DNA from: Leucoraja ocellata | Taxonomy: Eukaryota | Direction: 5' to 3' | Assembly: GCA_036785375.1 (NCBI GenBank) | Contig: JAWMAR010000045.1 | Location: 7,192,001-7,256,000 of the forward strand | Length of the DNA: 64,000 nt | The notes under the pieces: generated by a model | Seen by the model: the letters and a program-made list of their open reading frames with translations, nothing else | Told to the model about the DNA's origin: nothing | Databases searched by the model: none | Shown: positions 27,001 to 38,537 of the stretch, in pieces | Layout: every line of letters starts with the position of its first letter | Position numbering within the stretch: the first letter of the stretch is position 1 | Translations under genes and position numbers: made by a program

Positions 27001-30000
27001 CAATGTTTCTAACCCAAGATCAGCAAATTAGCTGCAAACTGGAGACCAGGCCCAAGATTCTACCACGTTGTGCAGCTATCCAGTAAACGCACTGGGGAAT
27101 TTACACTGCCAAAGCTTTCACAGCTGAATAACTACAACGGTGCTGAATTATTTTCAGGAAATATTAAGCTATCTCCTGCTATAAAAAAAAAAAAAAATCA
27201 CGATGTGCACCAGCTACTGATGCCTGCTTGAGACTTTTCAAACTCAGAGGGTAAAGCTTATATTGCAAACCATGATTGGCGCAAATCCCTCTGCAGCCTT
27301 CACACTCTTCCGCTTGTTGCGATTCAGCTGTAATTCACATCAAATACAAATCTGCAGCTGCAGCATAAGTGAGGCATTAGGACTTACGAAGTAAAATATC
27401 CAAGATCAATCAGAATTAGATGTGACCTATTTATTTCAAACATATGAACTCCAAATCATGTTAGCTCATGTTGCAACAGATGTGTCACAGATATGATCAA
27501 ACTAAACCTGTTCACCCTTAGGTACAATTGGCAATTCTATTGCTGGTTCAATATTTGCAAATACATAAATTAAAGAGCCAACTGACACCATGGATTCACG
27601 TACATTGGTAAACATATTCCTTTCAATTAACAAAATTAAAATGTTCTCACTTATGGAGAAAACAACAGAAAAACTCAGTTCCTTAAGGCAAAATATCCGG
27701 TGCAACCGAATAAAATCGAAAGACGGGATGAATCGGGAAACTGGGATTCTGCAACGACAAGTTTAGGTTTTAAGTACACGATGGAAGGGAGGATTATTGA
27801 GTCCAAAAACATGCCGTTTCAAAATCCATAATTGAAATAGGTTTGTGTAAGGTACTATGCAATTGGTTTTTAATTCTGTGGAAGTAGGCGGGAGAAAATA
27901 CATGCAGGACATTTTCTGCAGGAGTAAAAAAAATGAAAAGAAAGCTTTGCAGGAATAAACTATGACATTTTACAGGGGTTATGTTTGCTGCAAAAGTTGG
28001 CAATGAAGACAAATTATAGCTTTTATTATGATCATAGCAAAACTTCTAAATTTTACTGGTACCACTTTCTAGAGGCAGAGTTTGTTTGTACAGGAAACAA
28101 CTCACATCAAGTTAAAAAAAGCACAGCAAGCAAGCTCAGCAAGGCAAGTTTAAAGATGCTTGAATAAATATTTTAAAACAAAGTAATTACTGCATAGCAA
28201 ACAATCAAAAGATTAGTCAATACACCGGGATATATTCAGTATTGAACAGCCACATGTCAACACTATTTTGAACAACCGAGGTGGGCAATAAGGAATTCTA
28301 CATAGTTACAGTACCACTAAATATATTTGCTCTGAATCAAATATATTGAGCAAAAGATGAAGCGGATTTGTTTCTAATCCTGTAACAAAAGAAGCATCAT
28401 GCTTCCATGTATTCATGATGTTGGAAATATCAATAGCTATTCCCTCAGTTTTCTTTTAAATTAACAAAACATTTATTTATTAAAATAGAGATGCCAAAAG
28501 GAAAGAGCATGGCCCGCTGCATAAAACACCGCAAACAATCACTCTGTACTCGTCATCTTGCTGTGTAAAGCTACCATCTCCTATGGACTTCTAGAGGGTT
28601 CGTCTTGACATTACAACAAACATGGGATAACACGGCCAATTTTTCCGATGCACCCAAATTAAATTTGCAGGAAACTGTCTTTTCATCTATTAAATAAATG
28701 CTCATTAGCAAGCTTATTCAAAGCTGAAAGATAAGGAAATAGCTATAAAATCACTTGCTTGTTCACATGCCCTTGAATTGTTATCCAATAGATTTGTGAC
28801 TATCCAGCTCCAAATCCAACAAGGCCCTTGTATTTTGTGTCTTTTCAATTGCAGTATCTGTTCAGCTAGCTCTCAAGTACCAACTCTCATGAGATCGATC
28901 ATATACAGCTTCAATAGAACAATTAACTGAAACAAATCATACTTTGAAGCCTACCAAATTGGAATAAGCTGCAAAAACGTCCATAGTATAGGATATTATT
29001 AAATTGGTAGCAAGCAAGCCTCAGTACTCCATCGAATCAGCAGCAGAATTGGCTGTAGAACATGACATCCCGATTGAACACTTTATTTACATTTAAATCT
29101 CCTCACCAGACCACGGCAAATGCCATGCAAAATAATGTTACTACACCACTTCAATTTAATGGAAATGCACCAATAATATAATTCACCTTTCTAAAGAAAA
29201 TTAGTAAAAGGTACATCACAAAAGTATTCCCATTTATGCCAATGAAAACTAACTGATGATACTTTAAATTTAGCCAAACCTTTCTAACCAGGCTGAATAT
29301 AGCAAATAACCAGGCTACATGTTTAGAACCCCGTTAATAAAATAAAAAGGGGAAATGTTAAACAAGACATTTAGCTCCCCCATTTATAAATCCCGACTTT
29401 GTGAAAGGTTCTATAATTCTGTACAGGTTTGCGGGTTTTACTTTCCTTCAAATCAAGTATTTACAAATTCCAATGCATTGCCTTTTTTAATTCCCACTCT
29501 CACTGCCTTGCCTTGTATTATTTTTCTGCCGATTCTCAGCTTTTAACACACACACGCACATACACACACAGGCTCTGGTGTCAGTTATAGAGCACAGGCC
29601 CAACGAAGAACAGCAGCAGCTTTTAATTTGGCGATTCCACAGCGGTCAAAGCTCCGAGACACAGTCAATATTTACCAGACTTTGATGGTGCCATTTTATA
29701 GCTCTCTCCAAGTGGAACAACAGCAGGGAGCCAAGTCGAGGCCAGGGCTTCAAGAAATATCAGGGTTAACGGCATTAAGCCACAAAAGAACAAAATGTAA
29801 AAGAAAATACTATCTCAGACAACAACATTCTGAAATACCGTTGCCCTCCTCCCATCATCTCCTAGAGTAGAAATTCAATCTCTACAAACAATAGAGCACC
29901 GGGAAAAGATACCAGTGTTGAAATACATGATCAGTTTCCGACAAGTCAGCAAATGTATGCGATTCTTACACTATAAAACTAAAGCAATTTCTCTGCTTTC

Positions 30001-30798
30001 TCTGATAAATCTGGAGTATTTTATCAGGTATAAGAACAAATTAAGATTTTAAATCACATTGGTTATAGGGAGGTAAATCTACCATAAAAAGACCAAAATT
30101 TCTGATGAGTTGTATACTCATACAACAGTTGAAACCTAGTGGGATATTTAGAAAGAGAAAAAGTTGTTACATTAATATAATGTTGATAAAAATAGTTCTA
30201 AAATAATGAAAAAATACAAAATGAGAACAATGTCACAGATCAAGAGGCAAAGGACGATTGTCTTGAACTTCAGACTGTTGGCCCTGTTTGTGCAGAACTT
30301 CATGCCTGAAAGTCCAGAGTGGAACACAACTGCAACTATTTCCTCACAAATAACATCATTCTGTAAATGTAATTAATTATTTCTAGTAGCAATTCACCCT
30401 CTCACCAATTACCCAAATTCCACATCAATGCCCCATGGGATGAAGTTATTCACCCTGGAGGGAAACCCGGGAAATTAGGTCAAATTGATCAAAGGTGCAT
30501 CTTTCCTGGAACATTGCTACTTCGTTAGGGATCATTCTGGTGAGAGACCAAGGTCAATTTGAAGAATCTAACCCGAGCAGGTTTTGTTCATTTTCTTTAA
30601 CTTACGAAGGTCCTTTATTAGCTCGTCACTAACTCCCACACATCAACGCTACCACCAAGTCCATGATTTCTGTGCAACAGATCAAATTCTGACCATTGTC
30701 ACCCAACTGAAAACTTCAATATCCAAATTAATTTAAATTGTTTCAAGAGCACTGTGCATATAATATCAAGCAAAGGGATTTCATGCAGCAAAATTGGT

Positions 30799-30890
30799 GT
30801 CTTTAATATATTTTATATGTATATGTATATGCATATGCATATATATATATATACACATATATACATATACATATAAAATATATTAAAGAC
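30799..30890. repeat. AT-rich (TA)n-centred inverted repeat abutting an assembly gap
   Basis: GTCTTTAATATATTTTATATGTATATGTATAT is the exact reverse complement of the last 32 bases before the N run. Confidence 0.9.
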
Positions 30891-31059
30891 NNNNNNNNNN
30901 NNNNNNNNNNNNNNNNNNNNNNNNNNNNNNNNNNNNNNNNNNNNNNNNNNNNNNNNNNNNNNNNNNNNNNNNNNNNNNNNNNNNNNNNNNNNNNNNNNNN
31001 NNNNNNNNNNNNNNNNNNNNNNNNNNNNNNNNNNNNNNNNNNNNNNNNNNNNNNNNNNN
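30891..31059. other. Assembly gap (N run)
   Basis: Run of N. Confidence 1.
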
Positions 31060-32124
31060 TGTCCTCCTATTTTAAATTGTCATCGATTTCAGGTAAATAT
31101 TTCAAATCCAAGGAGAGCCAAATAATCTAATTTATCTATAAAGTGTGAAGTGTTGTCTGTGGTTACAAATGCCTTACCACCAGTTTCAGTGACTAGATGC
31201 TGCTGTCAGTAAGTGACTGTCAATTAAAGGCACAAGTTTAGTTTGTGTGGGGTAAAACTTGTCTCACGAAGACAAATCCACCTCACTTTCACATACACGA
31301 ATGAATGTTTTGCTTTGTTTGCAATACTCTCAAACTGCTTTTTGACAGCTTCAATAAATATGAACTGGCACGACATGTATGGGAATTCTGTGCCCACATT
31401 ACAATGCAAAGACTGGTAATTTGAATTCCCTTTTCACATATTTCTTCCTCTCCTCTCGATTTTCTTTTCCTCGCTCATTTCTCTGAGAATGAAAAAAGAT
31501 ACAGTTTTTTCACAGAAAGATTGTGTTGCCTTTAGCCTACTTTAAAACTTTTACTATCTAATCTTGAACCAACAAAATACAGTATTAACTCATTCTCTGA
31601 ATGTCTTTCTTGAAGTTTACGACCTTTTCAATTATGTCTGCACACTACTAAGTCCTTTCCAGAAATATACCACATCGTTGAATATAATAAATGTTCACAT
31701 CAGGTGGAGTTTTAACAGCCTTATGTTGACATTACAATTTTCACGAATCATTGAATCTGCGATGCTTTTTCCACAATCTGGCAATGAAAAAGAAAATTTG
31801 GCAAAATATAAACTTGCAGATTCTATAATAAATTGCAACAAGATTGATAGTGACAACAATAGCTGCTCATTTAAAGTTGTCCACTACTACCTACACTTTT
31901 ACTTTATTCTAGCAAGTCACATCTTTGACTCTCATTTCATTATGTAGCCATAAACAAACACAATTGGTAAATTGTTAAACACCAGCATTTTAAAAGCAAT
32001 ATTCTTCCAAGAAAATGTGTAATTAGTATGATAAATATATTACCAACACAGAACGTAGCAGTGTAAACTAATGAAAGAACAGTTGCTTTCTCAGGTTTTA
32101 TAGTTGAAACGGAATAATTCAAGC

Positions 32125-32597
32125 TTTGTTTATTGAGTTTAGCGGTCCTGGGGGGAGACCGCTTTTCGGGGCTTCTGCGGCGGCGACTTCTCCCGCCCGA
32201 GTTGCGGGGTCGAAGAGCTCCTGGAGCGGGGCCTGACACCACTGCCCCGCGCGGCTGGAATGGCCGCGGACTCTGCGAGCGCACACCGGGGGCTCCAACA
32301 TCAAGACCTGGTGTGCGACCTCGCACCACCCGGCGTGGCTTTAATGGCCGCGGGACAATCGCCATCGCCAGCCGGGGGCTATGACTTTGACTCTGACATC
32401 GGGGGGGGGGGGGGGGAGAGAGTGCAGTGGAGAGAGAAGTTTATTTGGCCTTCCATCACAGCTATGTGATGGATGTTTATGTTAAATGTAATTATGTTGT
32501 GTCTGGGGTCTATTTGTGTGTAATGTATGGCTGCAGAAACGGCATTTCGTTTGGACCTCCAGGGGTCCAAATGACAATTAAATTGACTCTTGACTCT
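32125..32597 (+). mobile_element. Young GC/CpG-rich non-coding retroelement with Rex1/Babar-like 3' hairpin and (TTGACTC)n tail
   Basis: CpG-rich body, internal poly-G, ending ATTTCGTTTGGACCTCCAGGGGTCCAAATGACAATTAAA-TTGACTCTTGACTCT. Confidence 0.6.
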
Positions 32598-33070
32598 TTA
32601 TTGTCACCTGTACCGAGGTACAGTGAAAAGTTTTTGTTGCGTGGTAACCAGTCAGCGGAAAGACAATACATGATTACAATTGATCTATTTATTGTGTACA
32701 GATACATGATACCGAGAATAAAGTGAATGCTTAGTGCAAGATAAAGTCCAGAAAAGTCCGATCAAAGATAGTGCGAGGATCGCCAATGAGGTAGATAGAA
32801 GCTCTGGACTGCTCTCTAGTTGTTGGGAGGATTGGTCAGTTGCCCGATAACAGCTGGGAAAAGACTGCCCTCCCCCCACCCAATCTGGAGGTGTGCGTTT
32901 GTTTTCACACTGCTATATTTCTTGCCCGATGAGAGAGGGGAGTAGAGAGAGGCCGGGGTGTGATTATGCTGGTGGCCTTGCCGAGGCAGTGTGAGGTGCA
33001 ATTGGAGATTGGAGTCAATTGAAGTGAGGTTAGTTTGCGTGATGGTCTGGGCTGCATACACAATTCTCTG
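32597..33070 (-). mobile_element. Rex1/Babar-type LINE 3' fragment
   Basis: Minus ORF YAAQTITQTNLTSIDS...HTPASLYSPLSSGKKYSSVKT and SLFPAVIGQL. 3' tail TTTTCACTGTACCTCGGTACAGGTGACAATAAA. Confidence 0.8.
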
Positions 33071-33591
33071 TAAATATTATTACCCGAGTTAGGATTTCAC
33101 TCCAATTCCAAGTTACAGAATTAGTTTTTACACAGGTGCAATACGAGTTACTCAAAATCTACAAGATAATGTCACAGTGCATGTGCACTCCGATTAACAC
33201 ACTAGAAATGAGGAATAAATGAAACCATCTGCATGAGGAGCTGTAACGTCCCTTTCAGTCCTCACCCAACCATTCTCCTGCACTTAATCAGAAATTAGTT
33301 ATCGGTTCAGAAAGGTATTAATCACAAATACAATGCAACAGCTAAACTGCTCACAATCTATCAAGAGCTAATTTCAGCTTGTGCAAATAGGAGTCAGCTC
33401 TGCTTTTTCCTGTTCTGTGGAGCTAAATAAGACTCTCCATTTTGAAAATAGTCACGTACAGTTACCTCAGTCAGATCTGAACATGAGTGCACCTCAAAGG
33501 TCATTCTGTGCAACTACTCTACGTCTGCTATGCCAAAATGCAGCTGAAAACAAGGGCAGTAGCTCCATCCTTCTTTCACATAGATCATATA

Positions 33592-35223
33592 CAGGGCCCT
33601 CCAAAATGTTTGGGACAAAGACCCATTAATTATTTATTTGCCTCTGTGCTCCAGTTTGCGATTTGTAATAGAAAAAAAATCACGTGGTTAAAGTGCACAT
33701 TGTCAGATTTTATTAAAGGCCATTTTTAAACATTTTGATTTCACCATGTAGAAATTACACCTGTGTTTATACATAGTCTCCCCATTTCAGGGCACCATAA
33801 TGTTTGGGACACATGGCTTCAAGGGTGTTTGTAATTGCTCAGGTGCATTTAATTGCCTCCTTAATGCAGGTATAAGAGAACTCTCAACACCTTGGCTTTC
33901 CTCCAATCTTTCCATCACCTTTGGAAACTTTCATTGCTGTTTATCAACATGAGGACCAAAGTTGTGCCAATGAAAGTCAAAGAAGCCATTATGAGACTGA
34001 GAAACAAGAATAAAAGTGTTAAGAGGCATCAGCCAAACCTTAGGCTTACCAAAATCAACTGTTTGGAGCATCATTAAGAAGAAAGAGAGCACTGGTGAGT
34101 TTACTAATCGCAAAGGGTCTGGCAGGCCAAGGAAGACCTCCACAGCAGATGACAGAATTCTCTCTATAATAAAGAAAAATAACTAAACACCTGTCCGACA
34201 GATCAGAAACACTCTTCAGGAGTCAGGTGTGGATTTGTCAATGACCACTGTCCGCAGACGTCTTCATGAACAGAAATACAGAGGCTACACTGCAAGATGC
34301 AAACCACTGGTTAGCTGCAAAAATAGGATGGCCAGGTCACAGTTTGCCAAAAAGTACTTAAAAGAGCAATCACAGTTCTGGAAAAAGGTCTTGTGGACAC
34401 GAGACAAATTAACTTATATCAGAGTGATGACGAGTAAAGTATGGAGGAGAGAAGGAACTGCCCAAGATCCAAAGCAAACCACCTCATCCGTGAAACATGG
34501 TGGTGGGGGTGTTATGGCCTGGGCATGTATGGCTGCTGAAGGTACTGGCTCACTTATCTTCATTGATGATACAACTGTGGATGGTAGTAGCATAATGAAT
34601 TCTGAAGTGTATAGACACATCCTATCTGCTCAAGTTCAAACAAATGCCTCGAAACTCAATGGCCGGCGGTTCATTCTACAGCAAGACAGTGATCCCAAAC
34701 ATATCTCTAAAGGAACAAAGGAGTTTTTCCAAAGCTTAAAAATAATCAATTCTTGAGTGGCCAAGTCAATCACCCAATCTGAACCCAATTGAGCATGCCT
34801 TTTATATGCTGAAGAGAAAACTGAAGGGGATTAGCCCCTAAAACAAGCATAAGATAAAGATGGCTGCAATACAGGCCTGGCAGAGCATCACCAGAGAAGA
34901 CACCCAGCAACTGGTGATGTCCATGAATCGCAGACTTCAAGCAGTCATTGCATGCAACAAAATACTAAACATGACTACTTTCATTTACATGACATTGCTG
35001 TGTCCCAAACGTTATGGTGCCCTGAAATGGGGGGACTATGTAAAAACACTGCTGTAACTTCTACATGTTGAAACCACAATGTATACAAATGGCCTTTATT
35101 AAAATCTTACAATGTGCACTTTAACCACATGTGATTTTTTTCTTTTACAAATCTCAAATTGTGGAGTACAGAGGCAAATAAATAAATGACGGGTCTTTGT
35201 CCCAAACATTATGGAGGGCACTG
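33592..35223 (+). mobile_element. Full-length Tc1 DNA transposon with long IR/DR termini
   Basis: Left TA|CAGGGCCCTCCAAAATGTTTGGGACAAAGACC and right GGTCTTTGTCCCAAACATTATGGAGGGCACTG|GA. Inverted repeats of about 220 bp (33592-33812 and 35000-35223), each with outer and inner direct repeats (ATGTTTGGGACA). 1632 bp total. Confidence 0.95.
33949..34968 (+). pseudogene. Tc1 DD34E-type transposase pseudogene
   Basis: MRTKVVPMKVKEAIMRL..GRPRKT..TVRRRL..FWKKVLWT..VKHGGGGVMAWACM..QQDSDPKH..WPSQSPNLNPIE..ATKY*, broken by several frameshifts and stops. Confidence 0.93.
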
Positions 35224-36479
35224 GACATAAAGAAATATTATTTCCTGAAACAAAATTCTCTATTTTTCTGGTATAAAAGGACAATATTCAATATTTCACC
35301 AGTTTATTCGAGTAAAACGTACTACATTTATAAGCCACCCCAGACTCCAACCCTTTGTCCTTTCTTCGTGCCATCAGCAAGAAACCCTCCAGCCTCCCCC
35401 AGAACTAGACCTGCGGAGATGTAGAACTAAGCTGCTGTGCCTTTGCAAGCGGCAGCCTTTTCTACAAGGCACAGCACTCTGATTGTGAGAAGATACCCGT
35501 TTGCTTGGAAGGAGGAAGTGCTATTGGTTAAAGGATTCCAATGACATATACTCAAAACTTTATGAAAGTGACAAACTGCTGTTTATATCATGACTTCAGT
35601 GAATTAATCATGTATAAACTCACCCCGCTGAAAACAATGCATGACACTTTCAGACTGATTTCTTCCATTTTCTTATACAATGCTTGGAAATGTCTTATTT
35701 CTCAGAAGCAATATTTTTTTTGCGCGAGTGCTCAACTAAACCAAGAGTTGTGCAATTGTTTGTGCTCGTATACAAAATGAACAAACTTGAAGAGTTCGCA
35801 AACATTGCCTGGGGTTTTAATTACTTAGCAGGTAGTTTATCTCTGAGATCACCACTTCAACAACAGGCAAAGGTGGCATTGGTTACTCTGCACACTTCCC
35901 ACTACTTCACCAATGTGCGGAGGCCGTTCCTGTGTGAATTGCGACTCTCAAGAACCCTCCACAGTACCTTTTAACAAAACGTCACACACAGTAAATAAAA
36001 AGGAGTAAACAAACTCAAGACTAGTAAAGAGAAGCAGGCAGGAAAGAGCTGCGGAACAAATCTCTGCATGTGGAAAAGACTGATGGATGAAGAACTTTTT
36101 TTCACAAATAAGCACTGATATTTCCTTCATCGCTGGTCTTCTCATCATAAACAAGTCATTGGTAGAACACATACTTTGTCATGTTTTTTCCCCCAAAATG
36201 ACAAGTCTAACAAAAGTGACAGCCCTATGTGTAATTAGTTTTCATTGTTCCCCTGACAGTCATTGCTCAGAGCAGACCCTTGTCTTTTCTGTAGTAAGTA
36301 TTATGGAAAATTCTCCATTGACAAGTATTTAATTACTGCACAGCCCTAAAAGGCGTGCTGACAGGCCATCATGGGTGCCAAGGAAAGACGGACTGTCACA
36401 ATGGATTCAGAAACAGGAAGACTGGACAAGAAAGCTGTTTCCATTTTTCACAAAAGTCACATTCAATAAGAGCATTTTG

Positions 36480-36740
36480 CGTTTATGCAGTTACTATGAA
36501 GTACAAAATTCCTTAAATATAATTTCTGGAATAGCAGTGAAAAATGAGATTCGGTGGTGGCAAAAGGTAGGTTTTAAGGATATGGAAAGGCAAATAAATG
36601 TATGTGCATTATTGAGGCCCAAGCAGTGGAAGGAACAGCAAAGAATTATGTAGTGAAGGGAGAGCAGGGATAAGAAACCAAAATAACAAGAACAAGAGAT
36701 CAAAGAGAGGGCAACATTGCTGGAGGAGGTTCAGAGGTAG
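36480..36740 (-). mobile_element. Old L2-like LINE 3' remnant
   Basis: GGCAAAAGGTAGGTTTTAAGGA..GGCCCAAGCAGTGGAAGG resembles the reverse strand of the L2 3' region at 8250-8400. A similar piece lies near 2190-2290. Confidence 0.4.
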
Positions 36741-38059
36741 ATAAGAATAATGTCACACCATCATTAACAAAACAATACATTGCTTTTAAATTTGGTTTGG
36801 ACTATGGCAGTTCTGTGAAGAGGGTGTAATTATAACCGTGCTGATTCTAAAGGTAATTGCGAAAAATAAAAGCACAGATATTTAGGATGCATCAGCATCA
36901 TACATAGCCTTTTGAAGAAAGGGGATTTGGAGAAAGAACAACAGTTCGCAAGACACAAATATCAGGAGGGTTTAAAAAAAAGAGCTACAGATCATACCAA
37001 AAATGTTGATAAGTAAGAAAGCAGTGCCCGTAAGAAAGCATCCACGTGTCAGAGGAATCTTTCTTCTGTCAGTTTCCCTGCCACCTAATTAGAAGGCAGG
37101 ATTTATTTGAATCATCAAGCAACTGGATGCATTTGTGTGTGATAGCCAAAGTGGCATGGGACTATCAGAACCTACTGTGCAAGTAACTGGAGTATACAAT
37201 CAACGGCTGTTACTGGTATTCCTCGCTCTCATGTATTCATTTATTTTCTTAGTAAACCAATTTACCACTGGCCTGAATAATTGTAGTTTTTGTTTTTTTA
37301 AAGCATTCGCACTAACTGTAACTGTTTTGTTGAAGAAACCGCAATTATTATTAGCAATGACAGGCAGAAAACAAAATACTTAACACTGCCTTGATGTTAA
37401 AACATTCAGGCAAAAGATATTGCACATCAGGCAAAGGGATTAATTCTAGAATAAGACCAAAAAATGAAAAGCCTGATACTTACATGTGCTTTGTTTTTTT
37501 ATGAAACTAGATGCACATAGTTAGGATAAACATAGTTGATTATTCTATGTCTCATCTGTGGAGATTATCAAGATGCTATTATTCTTAAGAATGCCATTTC
37601 ATACTGTGATTACATTGCACAGATTGCATTGAACATTCATTTAAGAAATCTGCATAGATGTAGAAATGTTATTTGATACGATTACGACAAACTACATGTA
37701 ATGGATTTTTAAATCATTAAAATTATTTTCCTAAGTCTTTCTTTCATTGCATTCATTTCTATTAAGACTCTGCCATTCCTGTTACTTTGTGTAAAGTAAC
37801 TTATTTATTTTTCCTTACAGGGAAGCACACAATGGTGCCTCAACACAATTATATTTTGTTCATCCGATTTCATATTATATATATATATATATAAAGATAA
37901 ATCAGTAACTGTTGGCTCTCGGCTTCCTGGTACACAAATATTTCACTGTGGAAATAACATGGAAAGCCTTTTTTCAAAAGTCTGCTGCAACTATCAGGCA
38001 CTCATGAATGCCAACTCATCTTATTTCCCCAAATTTTAAATATGTTATATATCAGTACT

Positions 38060-38145
38060 ATGTTTACAGGCCTGTTATGGCTGCTGCAAGCAATAATTTC
38101 ATTGTTCTGTTGTTGGTACATATGACAATAAACACTCTTAGCTCT
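38060..38145 (+). mobile_element. Short Rex1/Babar-type 3' tail
   Basis: GCTGCTGCAAGCAATAATTTCATTGTTCTGTTGTTGGTACATATGACAATAAAC. Confidence 0.55.
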
Positions 38146-38179
38146 TGAACGCATCCCCTCCCTCTCAATTTTAACAACT

Positions 38180-38356
38180 GACCCATCAAACAGCATGTCT
38201 TTGGGACGTGGGAGGAAACGAGAGAACTTGCAAGAAACCCACATGATCACAGGGATAACATGCAAACTCCTCAAAGATGATACGGAGGGCCAGGATTGAA
38301 ATCAGGTCGCTGGAGCGGTGAGGCAGTGGCTCTGCTAACTGTGACACTGTGCTGGC
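38180..38356 (-). mobile_element. V-SINE (HE1-like) 5' half
   Basis: Reverse complement gives CAGCACAGTGTCACAG..CTGCCTCACCGCTCCAGCGACCTGATTTCAATCCTG..GGAGTTTGCATGTTATCCCTGTGA..TTTCCTCCCACGTCCCAAAGAC. Confidence 0.8.
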
Positions 38357-38449
38357 TCAAGGATTGTAACCATTAAAACTGCAGTATTTTATGTACATAC
38401 CACAGTGAGCACATACCAAAACACATTAATTTGTAATTGCATCAAAGAT

Positions 38450-38537
38450 TCACACCAAAAGCTGGAGTGACAGTGGGACAGGCAGCATCTGGGGAGAGAG
38501 GGAATGGGTGACATTCCGGGTAGAGGCCCTTGTTCAG
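38450..38537 (-). mobile_element. Penelope-derived repeat with degenerate hammerhead core
   Basis: GCTGGAGTGAC..GGACAGGCAGCATCTGGGGAGAGAGGGAATGGGTGACATTCCGGGTAGAGGCCCTTGTTCAG. Confidence 0.7.

Noticed and set aside
31940-32469. GC-rich ORFs or an alternative CpG-island promoter
   Set aside because: The segment ends in a retroelement-type hairpin and microsatellite tail, so it is better explained as a young insertion.
34229-34756. 175-aa ORF as an active or domesticated transposase
   Set aside because: Only a fragment. The first catalytic Asp region is disrupted, and the flanking frames have frameshifts and stops.
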